A stretch of DNA of 32,000 bases from Zygophlyctis sp. KS116 (Eukaryota > Fungi > Chytridiomycota), in the NCBI GenBank assembly GCA_054661495.1, contig BAAFSQ010000028.1:30843-62842 (forward strand), in the 5' to 3' direction. How positions within the stretch are numbered: position 1 is the stretch's first letter; each line of letters begins with the position of its first letter. Positions 9,820 through 24,387 of the stretch are shown here, one piece after another. The notes beneath the pieces are model-generated. The model saw nothing but the letters and a program-made list of their open reading frames with translations. It had not been told where the DNA came from and did not search any database. A program made the translations under genes and the position numbers.

Positions 9820-12263
9820 ATGCGATTTCAAATAGATGATCTGCCGATTTATTTCCCTTATGATTACATATATCCTGAACAGTTTCAATATATGAAGGAT
9901 ATAAAATCAGCGCTGGATGCAAAGGGACATTGTCTGCTGGAAATGCCATCAGGGACTGGGAAAACAGTGTCTCTGTTATCACTCATTGTCGCTTATCAAA
10001 TGCACTATCCTGAAAAGAGAAAGTTGATTTATTGCTCAAGAACGGTTCCTGAAATAGAAAAGGCATTGGCGGAACTTCAGAGGCTGATCAAGTACAGATC
10101 AGATCAGGGATTAAAGGAGTCTTTTTTGGGATTGGGACTATCATCCAGAAAGAATTTATGTATTCATCAAAATGTTTCAAAGGAAAAAAGAGGGGACGTT
10201 GTTGATGCTAAATGTAAGGCCCTTACAGCTCCTTGGGTGAGAAAGGAAAATCCAGAAGTTGATGCGATCATGGAGGATATTGGAAAGGTTCAAAATCAAG
10301 AAATACCAGATATTGAATCTTTATGTGCTTATTATGAAACTTTAGAAATTTCTGATCCAAATCAAATGATTCCATCAGGGGTTTATACATTGGCTGATTT
10401 AAAAGAATATGGAAAGAAAACTAGAAAATGTCCATATTATTTGGCTCGGAGGATGATTCCATATGCTAATGTCGTAATTTACTCTTATCATTATTTATTG
10501 GATCCAAAAGTTGCTGAATTTGTTTCAAAGGAGTTGGCGAAAAATTGTATTGTTGTCTTTGATGAGGCACATAATATTGATAACGTTTGCGTGGAATCGC
10601 TTTCTATAGATTTAACAAGATCAATTTTGGATGCAGGATCACGAAGTATAGCCTCTTTAGGGCAAAAGATTGACAAGTATTTCCTCAATTTTCTAAATTA
10701 TAGTCTCAAAGAATCAAATTCAGAAAAATTACAAAACGAATACAATAAACTTGTCCAAAATTTGCGTGATGAACAAATGTCGAGAGAAGAACAGGCTATC
10801 CTATCAAATCCCGGTATTTCTATTTATTTTAATCCAAGTACTTCCCGATGACATTTTAAATGAAAGTATTCCAGGGAATATCAGAAAAGCTGAGCATTTT
10901 GTAGCTTTTCTTCGTCGATTTATAGAATATCTCAAGGTAATCATTCATTTTGGCAATATTTTAGACACGAATGAGGGTGATGCATGTTGTAGCTGAAACT
11001 CCGGTATCGTTTTTACAACACGTTCGAGAAGTAACTTTTATTGAAAGGAAACCATTGCGGTATACAACTTTATTTTACATTTCAGTTTCTGCTCTGAAAG
11101 ATTGGCATCTTTAGTTCGGACTCTAGAAATCACAGATTTATCAGAGTATGGGCAGTTATCGAAAATTGCTACCTTTGCCACATTAGTTTCAACATACCAA
11201 AAAGGATTCATGTTGATTTTGGAACCTTTTGAAAATGATTCGGATACCATTCCCAATCCTATTCTTCACTTTACGTATACTTTTATTCTTTAATATATTC
11301 AGCTGTCTGGACGCTACTCTAGCCATAAAACCAGTATTTGATAGATTCAGCTCGGTGATTATAACTTCAGGAACACTTTCTCCTATGGATCTTTATCCTA
11401 CGCTCCTGGGATTTTCCCCTGTTATCTCTCAATCTTATCAGATGACTCTAACCAGAACATGTTTCCTTCCTATTGTTGTAACAAGAGGGTCAGATCAAGT
11501 TCCCGTTTCGTCTAAATTTGAAGTGCGAAATGATTTAGCTGTGGTTAGAAATTATGGTTCTCTACTCTTGGAGTGTGTTAAAATTGTTCCTGATGGTCTT
11601 GTGGCCTTCTTCCCTAGTTACTTGTATCTAGAATCTATTGTTTCTGCGTGGAATGAACTGGGCATGATCCAAGACATTCTAGCATATAAACTTGTTTTCA
11701 TTGAAACTCCTGATCCTGCAGAAACATCAGTTGCTCTTGAAAATTACAGAAAGGCATGTGACAATGGTAGAGGAGCAGTATTATTATCTGTTGCGAGAGG
11801 AAAAGTCTCTGAAGGAGTTGATTTTGACCATCATTATGGCCGAGCAGTGATTCTTTTTGGAATTCCTTATCAGTATACAGAATCTCGAATCCTTAAAGCT
11901 AGACTTGAATACCTTCGAGATCATTTCCGGATCAGAGAGAATGATTTTCTATCATTTGATGCAATGCGTCATGGCGCACAATGTGTTGGCAGAGTTCTTC
12001 GTGGAAAGACTGATTATGGAATAATGATATTTGCTGATAAAAGATACTCTCGACGAGAAAAAAGATCAAAATTACCCAAATGGATATCATCAGAGATGCC
12101 AGAAGGAGTAGTTAACCTCTCTACTGATGTTGCAGTTCAAATGTCCAAACATTTTCTCAAAGTCATGGCACAACCTTTTGAAAGATCACAACTAGGAACC
12201 AGTCTTTGGGATGAAGAATTTATTAAAAATTCTCAAAAAGAAATAGCAAACAAGATCATCTAG
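9820..12263 (+). CDS. RAD3: TFIIH helicase XPD/Rad3/ERCC2, 6 exons
   Basis: Motifs [29 protein letters not shown] (Fe-S), [24 protein letters not shown] and [14 protein letters not shown]. Tiny introns at 10677-10703 and near 10814, 10937, 11060 and 11275. Confidence 0.97.
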
Positions 12264-12562
12264 ACCATTTCTCTGCAAATCTACTATTTGGATTGTAAAG
12301 CTTTGTAGTTTGATGCTGTCCGACTGATTGCCATGGTTGGGGATTGGATCTATTGTTAGAAATTGCAAGCGAAATCAGTTTAAAAGATTCTCCTCATTAT
12401 TTTTCGGAGAGATTCCCATTTTTATCATCATTTATCAACTTACTTTCTGGCCCAGATGATATCCTGATCTCTGACCTTATGACTGGCAAAAGCGACAAAT
12501 CCAGCGCCGGTTAAGCCCATCATGAAGAAGAGGGGGTAGACTCCAACAGGGACCTTGCTCAT
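12256..12562 (-). CDS. NDUFA4: NDUFA4/COXFA4 (MLRQ/B12D family) small mitochondrial membrane protein, 70 aa, 2 exons
   Basis: Spliced product [70 protein letters not shown] has the family pattern YPL-TM helix-D(V/I)xW-x-K-NPxPW...KL. 94-nt intron 12350-12443 (GTAAGT...CTAAC...TAG). Confidence 0.85.
12372..12435 (-). ncRNA. Intronic box C/D snoRNA, SNORD79(U79)/snoR44-like, predicted to guide LSU rRNA 2'-O-methylation
   Basis: Minus strand reads box C ATGATGA (12431-12425), guide ATGGGAATCTCT, D' CCGA, C' ATGAGGA and box D CTGA (12378-12375). TGGGAATCTC is complementary to the conserved LSU rRNA sequence GAGAUUCCCA. Confidence 0.85.
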
Positions 12563-12624
12563 TTGTTTAATTTTTTTTGAGCCGTCCGTCCGACTCCCAC
12601 CCCCTGAAGTGGCGTTTGTTCGCA

Positions 12625-14168
12625 ATGGATCAGGCACTAGAAATCATTAAAGCACAGCCGTCTGCCATTCTATGGGATGTTGGGCATATGTTACTAAATC
12701 TTACAAGGAGGGACTTTCTTGCGCTGTTGCCGATTGAAATTTCATTGGCAATTCTCAGTCTAACGGATGCAGAGACCCTCTCAAGAGTATCTAGAGTTTC
12801 AAAAATTCATCATGATTTATGTCTGGACAGATCGATCTGGAGAACATTGTATTTTAGAAAAGGGTATAAAGTTGATTCGCCGTTTCTTTTAAATTCATTG
12901 CAGGAGTTGTATCAGTTTAGAAATGTTTCGGATAATATTTTTGTAAATGTAAATCGGCCAACTGAAAATTTAAATGATATCACTTATGGAACTTTGGAAA
13001 GAAATAATATTGGGAATTTTAGAGGAGTAGACACAAAATTTCAACCATTGGAAGTTTCAATGGATTTTATTCATGTAAAAGATGGAGAGTTGCTTTCGCC
13101 TCATGATGCGGTTGTTGATTGGAAATGGATTTATAGGCAACGATTAGAATTAGAGAGGAATTGGTCTACGCCTCATAGATTTGATGAACAGTCTGGGCAA
13201 TGGGTGGTTCATGGATATAGGTCTTTTGAATTTGTTGGGCATGAAGATGCAGTCTATTGTTTACAATTTGATAGGGATAAAATTGTTAGTGGGAGTAGAG
13301 ACGGTAATATTTTACATGTAATAAGAAGACACCATAAAAATTTGGGATATGGATACAAAGGGATGTATTCAGGTTCTTACTGGACATACTGGATCTGTTT
13401 TATGTTTACATTATGATGAAAATTATCTTGTTAGTGGTTCTTCAGACTCTACTATTATTATTTGGTCATTGATATCAGGATCTCTCATAAAAAGGTTATA
13501 TGGACATTCAGAATCAGTTCTAGGTATATATAGTCTTGATAATTCTTAGGGATAAAGATTGCTCAAGATAATATAATTTCTTGTTCAAAAGATGCAAGTA
13601 TAAAAATATGGGATTTCGACTCGGGGAGGTTGATAAGGACTTTGAATGGGCATAGAACTGCTGTGAATGCAATTGAATATAAAAATGGATTGATTGTTTC
13701 TGCTTCGGGAGATCGTACAATTAAGATATGGAGTTTAGCTTCTGGTGAAGAATTAAGGACAATTTCCGGACATTTAAGGGGTATTGCTTGTATTCAGTTT
13801 GACGGAAAGCTCATTGTTTCCGGATCATCCGATCAAACAATTCGAGTTTGGTAAATTTTTTTAATTTCCTGATAAACAGGGATGTACAATCAGGATTGCT
13901 TCTTAAGACTTTACAAGGACATACAGAAGTGGTTCGTACATTACAGTTTGACTCTGATAAGGTAATATCAGGGTCATATGATGGAACTGTTCGTATCTGG
14001 AACATAAAGACTGGAGATTGTATGCTAAAACTACCACATCATTCAAATTCAAGAATATTTAAAGTAATATTCAATGACACTAAAATTGTTTCATGTTTAC
14101 AAAGTGGACTCATCGTCATCTATAATTTTGCCCATAATATCCCCCATTATAAAATATACGAAGTCTAA
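12625..14168 (+). CDS. BTRC: F-box/WD40 protein, beta-TrCP (FWD-1/Pof11)-like, 4 exons
   Basis: F-box DFLALLPIEISLAILSL and seven WD40 repeats (VYCLQFD..KIVSGSRD, GHTGSVLCL, IVSASGDRTIKIW, GHLRGIACIQ, ISGSYDG). Introns 13304-13328, 13524-13549 and 13851-13879. Confidence 0.9.
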
Positions 14169-15895
14169 TCCTCTTCTTCTCTAAGTTTTCGTTTATAATA
14201 ACCTAAAGCAGCTTTGAAACCTGTTAGATATGATTGATCGATAAGATTATCATCAAATTCCCCTAAAGGAGACTCCATCCCAAAATTATAAAAGAGGCCT
14301 TGAACAAATCCTTCTTGCCAATTCCATTCAACTTCAGTCTCCCTATTCTGATCAACTTCCATCATTGTGTCTGGTGATTTAAATTTACTACCAGAAGGAG
14401 AGCTTGCTTCATTTAGACGTCTAACCACTGAAATAAACGAGACATCATCTATTCTATCTGAGAACGTAGCATCAGCTCTAGGAGAATTCATGGTTGCATC
14501 CTTTTCTAAAATTAAATCGTCTATAGAATTAAGCTCTGGGCTTCTTGGTTCAGCTGAAAGAGGAATATTGACATTAATTTTTCTCTTGGTGCCTGAATGA
14601 TTAGAAAAAGGTTCCTTCCGAGCTTCCAAGACTGCCGAACTCTCTGAAGGTTCACTGTTCAAATGCATGGATGACTTTCCTTTTTCTATTATTGTAGGAT
14701 CAACTTTATCTTCGATTACAATGACCTCTTGTGAATGGGATGGTTTGTTTCCGCCTAAAGAAATCCTTTTAGAAGAAACGATATGTGCTTTCTCTATAGA
14801 TTCAATTTTCTCAAGAGTTCCAGATGATTCGGGTCTTGTGGACTGATTTTTACTTGAATTACTTAATCCATCCATCCCTATATCCCGGACTTGTTTAGGA
14901 GCCAAATTTTGCAGATTTTGAGCTATCTGCACTTGCTGAGATTGTGGTAATTGCTGAGACTGCTGAGCTAAATTGCCCAAATCTTTTCCCAATTGACCCT
15001 GCGTCAATCTTGTCCGTCGATATTCCGTAATATATGCATCTAAAGTTCTCCTCTGAGGACCTGATATCAAGCCGAAACCAGCTGGTAAGTGAATTTGATT
15101 ATAATGCTCATTAAATACCTTTGACATATCAGCCAACATCTTCATATCTTGATGTGACGGATTTGGCGATTGTGTTTGAAATGAGTATTTTAACCTAATG
15201 TTATTGCCCATATCAAAAAATATAGACTTTTTCAATATAGCAAGAATTAAAGATTCATGAGGATCTTGTACTAATGACGCCTGATCTACTAATATCTTGA
15301 GCTCCGCATTAAGACTTCTCATCTCCTTCTCTAATGCTGCATAAACATTAGCAAATGCTGCATTTACCACTGGAGTAGTTTTGACTGCGGTGGGTTGATT
15401 AGCTGCTTTAGAATTATTCAGAGTTGAGCTAGGAGGTTGAGTAGCTGGCATCCAAGACTTGATCGGAGCTGATTTTATCTGTGGGATTTTACTCTTAATA
15501 TCAGGCAAAACTTTTAATAGCAAATCGGCTCCTGGTTGCTTTTGAGCCGCAAGCAACCTATATAGCACCGACTTAAATTCCTTTTCATCAGGATAGCTGA
15601 TTTGAAGTTGTTCAATCAGAGACTTTGCATGTGCCAATCCAATGATCATCTAGAATAATTAAACATTAATAAGTACCTGCGGAAGAAAAGTTTTTGGCAA
15701 TTTCTGACAGATATCTGGTGGGATATCCACAAGCGCAGTCAATGGATGGGTTGCATTGACTTTGATAAAATTCCCAACAACATTCATTGCCGGCTCCTGA
15801 TTGTGCCGATTGAGAGCCATGGTTTGTGATTTTGGGTTTAGGAGCTTTTTGACAGGCGAATACGCCACCAATTCCGATAATTTCTCATTTTCCAT
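14165..15895 (-). CDS. Uncharacterised protein, 2 exons, with Q/S-rich disordered middle
   Basis: The 78-aa and 494-aa ORFs are joined in frame by a 27-nt intron GTACTT...TTCTAG (15650-15676). No family recognised. Confidence 0.7.
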
Positions 15896-15939
15896 TCACT
15901 ATATTCAATAGCGACTAGGTTCAAATTAGAGTCTTCGGA

Positions 15940-17660
15940 CTATAGAAATCTATTCAAAGAATCATCAGATTCTAAATCTCCCTTCTTAAAAATCCTCTTC
16001 TCCTCGAAATTTTCAATGACCGAAGGGCCAATTTCATTGATGAGTCCTCTAATTCGATGAGAAAGTGTTTTTCTGATCTGAGTTATCTTTGTCTTTCTTG
16101 AAAGTGATAGCATTAGTGGATATATTCGTAAAAAAGATTCAAAAGCGACATCTGAAACTAGAAGAGTAACCAAGGATGCTACAGGAGTTAAAAATATCGC
16201 AGAGATTGTAAAGTCGACAGATTTAGTGATAAAATACGCAAGAAATGTGTAAAATACAATACATACAGGTGTAATAATGACGGTAGTTAAGATTTTCCAT
16301 GTCGCCTTGATTTTAAGAATTTATAAATTACAATCACATCACTACCAGTTATTTTTACCAAAGATCCTGCTAAAGCTTGTTTTGCTTTAGCATAAGATAC
16401 ATAAGAAGTAACAAAATATATAGGGCTAAAAAGAATGAGTCCTGGGAGAGCAAATACAAGACATATACTGAAAATGAGAATCTGATTAATGAGACGCATC
16501 AATGCACGATATGGATTTTCAGTTAATAGCTTGACTTGATGATCACTTAAACCAAAAATATGGAGCATGCGATTATATTCTGCAACGCTGGCTCTCAATG
16601 AAATGACTCTAGGATCATCCTTGCATTTTTCATAACCTAAAGCAATCGCCCTTGCAATCAAAAGCGACTCTTCAGGAGATATAAATGCTCTTGATGGGGT
16701 ATATAATCTCCGAGTAGTTTGAATAATCTTGAATGAATAAAGTTTTTTTACCTGTAACATTTCAAAATTTGGGGCATTTAATGTAATTTCTTCCAAACTG
16801 TCATGAACTACTTCCATAAATTTACTAATAGCTTCTTTCTTTAAATCACCTCCTTTTCCATACATCTCGACTATCTTGTCGTCAATAACTATTGGCCTCC
16901 CGTACTCTACTACAGCCCGTGATCTAAACTTGTGAGCTCGAAAATAATTAAGCCCAACAGGAATAATAGTTAAATTAACCAATGGATATTCTGATAATAC
17001 ATTTAATGCCATAATTGCCACTCCTGGTTTTAAGGGTAACAGTTCTGATCTATCATGACTTCCACCCTCGGGAAAAATACCGACGCACTTATTTTCCGCT
17101 AATCTTCTGGTCACATTTAGAAACATACTTGACTGATCTACTCTTGGAGTAATTTCATAGCCCAGGGCCGCATTATTTGCATTATTTGGGTAATCAGTTC
17201 CTATTGGACTTTTTCTAACTTCTAACTGATCATCACCAATAACGGACGACACGACCAAAGTGTCCGTCCCCCTGATTGATATTAGATCACCATTTTGAAT
17301 TTGATTCTTAAAAGCTGTACCGATTCCTCTTAAATAATTTGACTGATTGTCCCAGTATATCCTCCCCTGACCAACTTTAGCCAAATCCTGAGGTCGTTCA
17401 ACAGATATTGAATCTAAACAGCGGGCTATAAACCCAATAAATCTTTTTCGCATGCTAGAAGCGGCCGCTAAAAAACCAATTCTTCGTTTAGATGTGATCT
17501 GAAGCATGCAAGGATCAATAAATTGATTTGCATGGGGAGCGGCTATGAACAGAACGGGTCCGCTCATTGGAACAAATCTAAATCCTCTAACAGAAACCTT
17601 GAAAAATAGTTTAAGTATGATTTTCAAAACAAGAATAAGTAAATCGTACCAAAAATCCAT
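15940..17660 (-). CDS. Glycerol-3-phosphate/DHAP acyltransferase (Sct1/Gpt2 type), 3 exons
   Basis: Motifs AAPHANQFID, VERPQD, IFPEGGSHDR, VGLNYF..HKFRSRAVVEYG and GSDVI|ATWKIL. Introns 16728-16751 and about 16306-16331. An alternative upstream ATG lies at 17684. Confidence 0.92.
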
Positions 17661-17763
17661 TGACGCCCACCTACGCTCAATCATTTCTTACAAGTCTACA
17701 ACTTATGTCTGATCATTGATCTGAGTCAATCCATTTTAATAATGATTATATATATTAATAAAA

Positions 17764-19205
<1,442 letters not shown>

Positions 19206-19211
19206 ATCTTG

Positions 19212-19357
19212 TGTTGGCTGCTTTTATATGTTGGCTGCTTTCATCATATAACGGCTGATGATTACTGATAATATCATTCTTGATGCGAATGCAAGAATGA
19301 TGCTGATAAGTTGTGGCGCGATGTACCATTGGACAGTAAGTACTTTGATTGGACAGT
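19212..19357. promoter_or_regulatory. Divergent promoter (kinase/DNAJC17) with three pairs of direct repeats and a hairpin
   Basis: TGTTGGCTGCTTT at 19212 and 19229; CTGATAA at 19265 and 19303 flanking an inverted repeat; ATTGGACAGT (reverse CCAAT) at 19328 and 19348. The regulatory role is inferred from position. Confidence 0.5.
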
Positions 19358-19465
19358 TATGACTAATGCAATTGTATGAATAGAATCAAAAATCTAGATA
19401 GATTATTAATGATGCTGTCGATAGTATCATCTTTACAATTTGTCAAATTTGATTAAAAAGCAAAG

Positions 19466-20245
19466 ATGGAACATGATTATTACGAGCTTTTAAATATCTC
19501 TATAGATGCTAGTAAAAAGGAAATACAAAGGGCTTATAGACTAAAGGCTCTCACCTGCCATCCAGACAAGGTTGGGGATGATCCGAAAGCTGCTGCTCTA
19601 TTTCATAAATTATCTGTTGCTATAGATATATTGTCAAATGAGACTTTAAAGAGGGAATATGATTTAAAATACAAGGCACATTTTGCTACTCTTTCAAGAG
19701 TTAAATCAATGGATGCTGCTAGACAGGCGGCTAGAGAAAAACTTGAAAAACTTGAAAAAAGTGGGCAAGATAAGGAAGCTAAGAGAAAGTATGATCTAGA
19801 GATACTCTCCAAAATTCAGCAGGAAGATAGTCGTGGGATGGAGTTTTTGCTGGAAGAATTGAAAATGGCTCATGCTGTTCCTGTAAATGATCGTATGGAT
19901 GCAATTATCAAGGTTAAATGGGATCAAGAACAATCTGTAGATAAGGAATTATTAAAGAATAATATCTCTAATTTGGAAAGAGTCATATTGAGTGGATCTG
20001 GGAAAAGAAGAGCTTCCCTAATTTTTAGAAGAGTTGGTGATGCTATATCTTTTATGAAATCTACAAAGTCAAGTGTATTGCAGAACCTTGTTTTTTTTTG
20101 GGCTAATGGATTTGAACCGGTTTTGACTGTTCCGGATCAGAGTAGTAAACTTAAATCTGTACAACCATTGCAAGATTATGAGCATTTTACTCTCCTAAAA
20201 ATGAGAGAAAGGGGGATTCTTATTAGCAGTAAGAATAATATCTAA
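19466..20245 (+). CDS. DNAJC17: J-domain protein, DNAJC17/Cwc23-like (J domain, coiled coil, RRM-like region)
   Basis: DYYELL...AYRLKALTCHPDK J domain, R..MD..R..AREKLEKLE coiled coil, IKVKW RRM-like strand, and DYEHFTLLKMRE tail typical of DNAJC17. Confidence 0.8.
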   Translation: MEHDYYELLNISIDASKKEIQRAYRLKALTCHPDKVGDDPKAAALFHKLSVAIDILSNETLKREYDLKYKAHFATLSRVKSMDAARQAAREKLEKLEKSGQDKEAKRKYDLEILSKIQQEDSRGMEFLLEELKMAHAVPVNDRMDAIIKVKWDQEQSVDKELLKNNISNLERVILSGSGKRRASLIFRRVGDAISFMKSTKSSVLQNLVFFWANGFEPVLTVPDQSSKLKSVQPLQDYEHFTLLKMRERGILISSKNNI

Positions 20246-20292
20246 ATTTTGCATTTGTATTGAAATCTTAAAACTAAAATAATTGATCTTCT

Positions 20293-22751
<2,459 letters not shown>

Positions 22752-22814
22752 AAGAATCAAATGCAATCGAAATCAAGTTATCGGAAATATTATTGTTAAA
22801 GACTGACGTCGCCA

Positions 22815-23896
22815 TCATTTCTTCAAATTGTACTCTTTATACAATTTCTCAATCTTTTCAACCTCTTCAGCAGTCCCAAGAAAAATAGCAGATCTAGCAT
22901 GTATAGAAGAAGGAGTAAGATCTAAAATTCTGGAAACACCATTAGACGCCTTTCCTCCCGCAACTTCAATCAATTTGGCCATTGGGAAGCATTCATAGAG
23001 CATTCGTAATTTTTCCCCAGGATACATAAAAATCCCACCATAAAGTAAAGTTCGATGAAGCTATAATTTTAAAACTTGTAAAATACATCAGCTGCCATTG
23101 AACCAACATACCGTGCAGAGTACGGCTTAAATGTTTTTTCTTCTCCCGGTGGAGAAAACTTTACAGAATCAATATAACTTTTGACTGCAGGATTAAAAGA
23201 ACTTGCATTTCCTTCATTTACAGAATATATTTTCTTTTTGCCTAGTTTTATCTAATGTTACAAATAAAATTACATTCTTATGAGTCAGCAAAAATTCGCC
23301 AATATTTGGATCCAATGTATATCCATTTACACTCATACCAGTGGTAATCACCATAACTGTTGATGAACCATACATGCAGTATCCGGCAACCAAAACGTCC
23401 TTTCCTGGGCGTAAAACATCTTCCAATCCAGGTTTATCATTTTTTTTCTACCTTTAGTAAAATAAATTACAGCCTTGTATATTCCAAAAATTGTCCCAAT
23501 AGAGACTCCACAATCAATATTGGATGAGCCATCGAGCGGATCAAAAACGACAACATAATGTCCTTTTTCTTTGTCATCAACGATTATAAGTTCCTCATTC
23601 TCTTCTGAAACCAAAAGCGCCGTCTTACCGGTACTTTTTAATAAGTGAATCATGATTTCATTCGACAGTATATCCAATTTCTGAACATTTTCATTTTGGA
23701 CATTTGTAGATCCAGTCATTCCAATTACTTTGAGTAATTCCGCCTTTCTCACCACGTTCGAAATCCATTTGCATGCGGATGATATCGCAGTGAGTAAGAT
23801 TGATAAGTCTCCCGTTGCTCCTGGATGCAGTTTCTGCTCTTTAAGAATATCCTGCGTAAGCGTAGTAATATCGGTCTTCAAGTCATTATTTGACAT
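22815..23896 (-). CDS. FBP1: Fructose-1,6-bisphosphatase class I, 4 exons
   Basis: Motifs [42 protein letters not shown] and [12 protein letters not shown]. Introns 23448-23470, 23252-23273 and about 23061-23086. Confidence 0.96.
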
Positions 23897-23967
23897 TACA
23901 AAAGTTTGAGAGGGTCAAAAGTCGGTCGGGTTTTAGGACAATTTGAAGCTGCTCAAATGTTTAATTA

Positions 23968-24336
23968 TTATACATGTTTCTTTATATTGGTTTGGATTTG
24001 TAATTCTTCTGTTGTACAAGATTCAACCTAAAAGTAAGTAAATATAACGATTACCTGTTTGACTAAATCTGAAATCTGATTACATGAAACACCGCTTAGA
24101 AAAGCATCCGATGTATACATTAGTTTTTGAATTCCAAGAATACTGTTTATAAATTCAGTTTGACTTTTATAATCACAATTAATAACTTGATTGTTTGTGC
24201 ATTTGTAATTGTGGATATTATTAATATTGTCCAAAAGATTCATACAGCTGTCAATAGTGTTTTTAGAGGGTGCAGTAGGAGTAGATGCATTCAAAAGAGT
24301 CAAAATGTCTGTAATGTCCGAAAATGTAGACTGCAT
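23968..24336 (-). CDS. Small uncharacterised protein (about 113 aa), 2 exons
   Basis: ORF MQSTFSDITDIL...DLVKQ, then a 27-nt intron GTAATC...TTTTAG (24028-24054), then VESCTTEELQIQTNIKKHV*. The start at 24399 in the ORF track would overlap XMAP215. Confidence 0.55.
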
Positions 24337-24387
24337 TTTCCTAAAAATCGGACAAACGCGCACACGTAAAAACTGCAAAAATCGCGA

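Noticed and set aside
5224-12562. Functional cluster of mitochondrial genes (MIC19, MDM10, NDUFA4)
   Set aside because: They are interspersed with unrelated housekeeping genes, and three of 21 is compatible with chance.
17671-17691. Possible 21-nt 5'UTR intron GTAAGAAATGATTGAGCGTAG upstream of GPAT
   Set aside because: It is shorter than any frame-required intron here, is less AT-rich, and has no reading-frame evidence. Unresolved without RNA data.
19272-19302. Hairpin as a SECIS element
   Set aside because: It lies upstream of both flanking genes, and there is no in-frame UGA selenoprotein candidate nearby.
23949-23973. Possible stop-spanning intron GTATAA...GAGCAG at the end of the small orphan gene
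   Set aside because: Splicing would not join it in frame to FBP1, and nothing else supports it. It also shows that such patterns can arise by chance.
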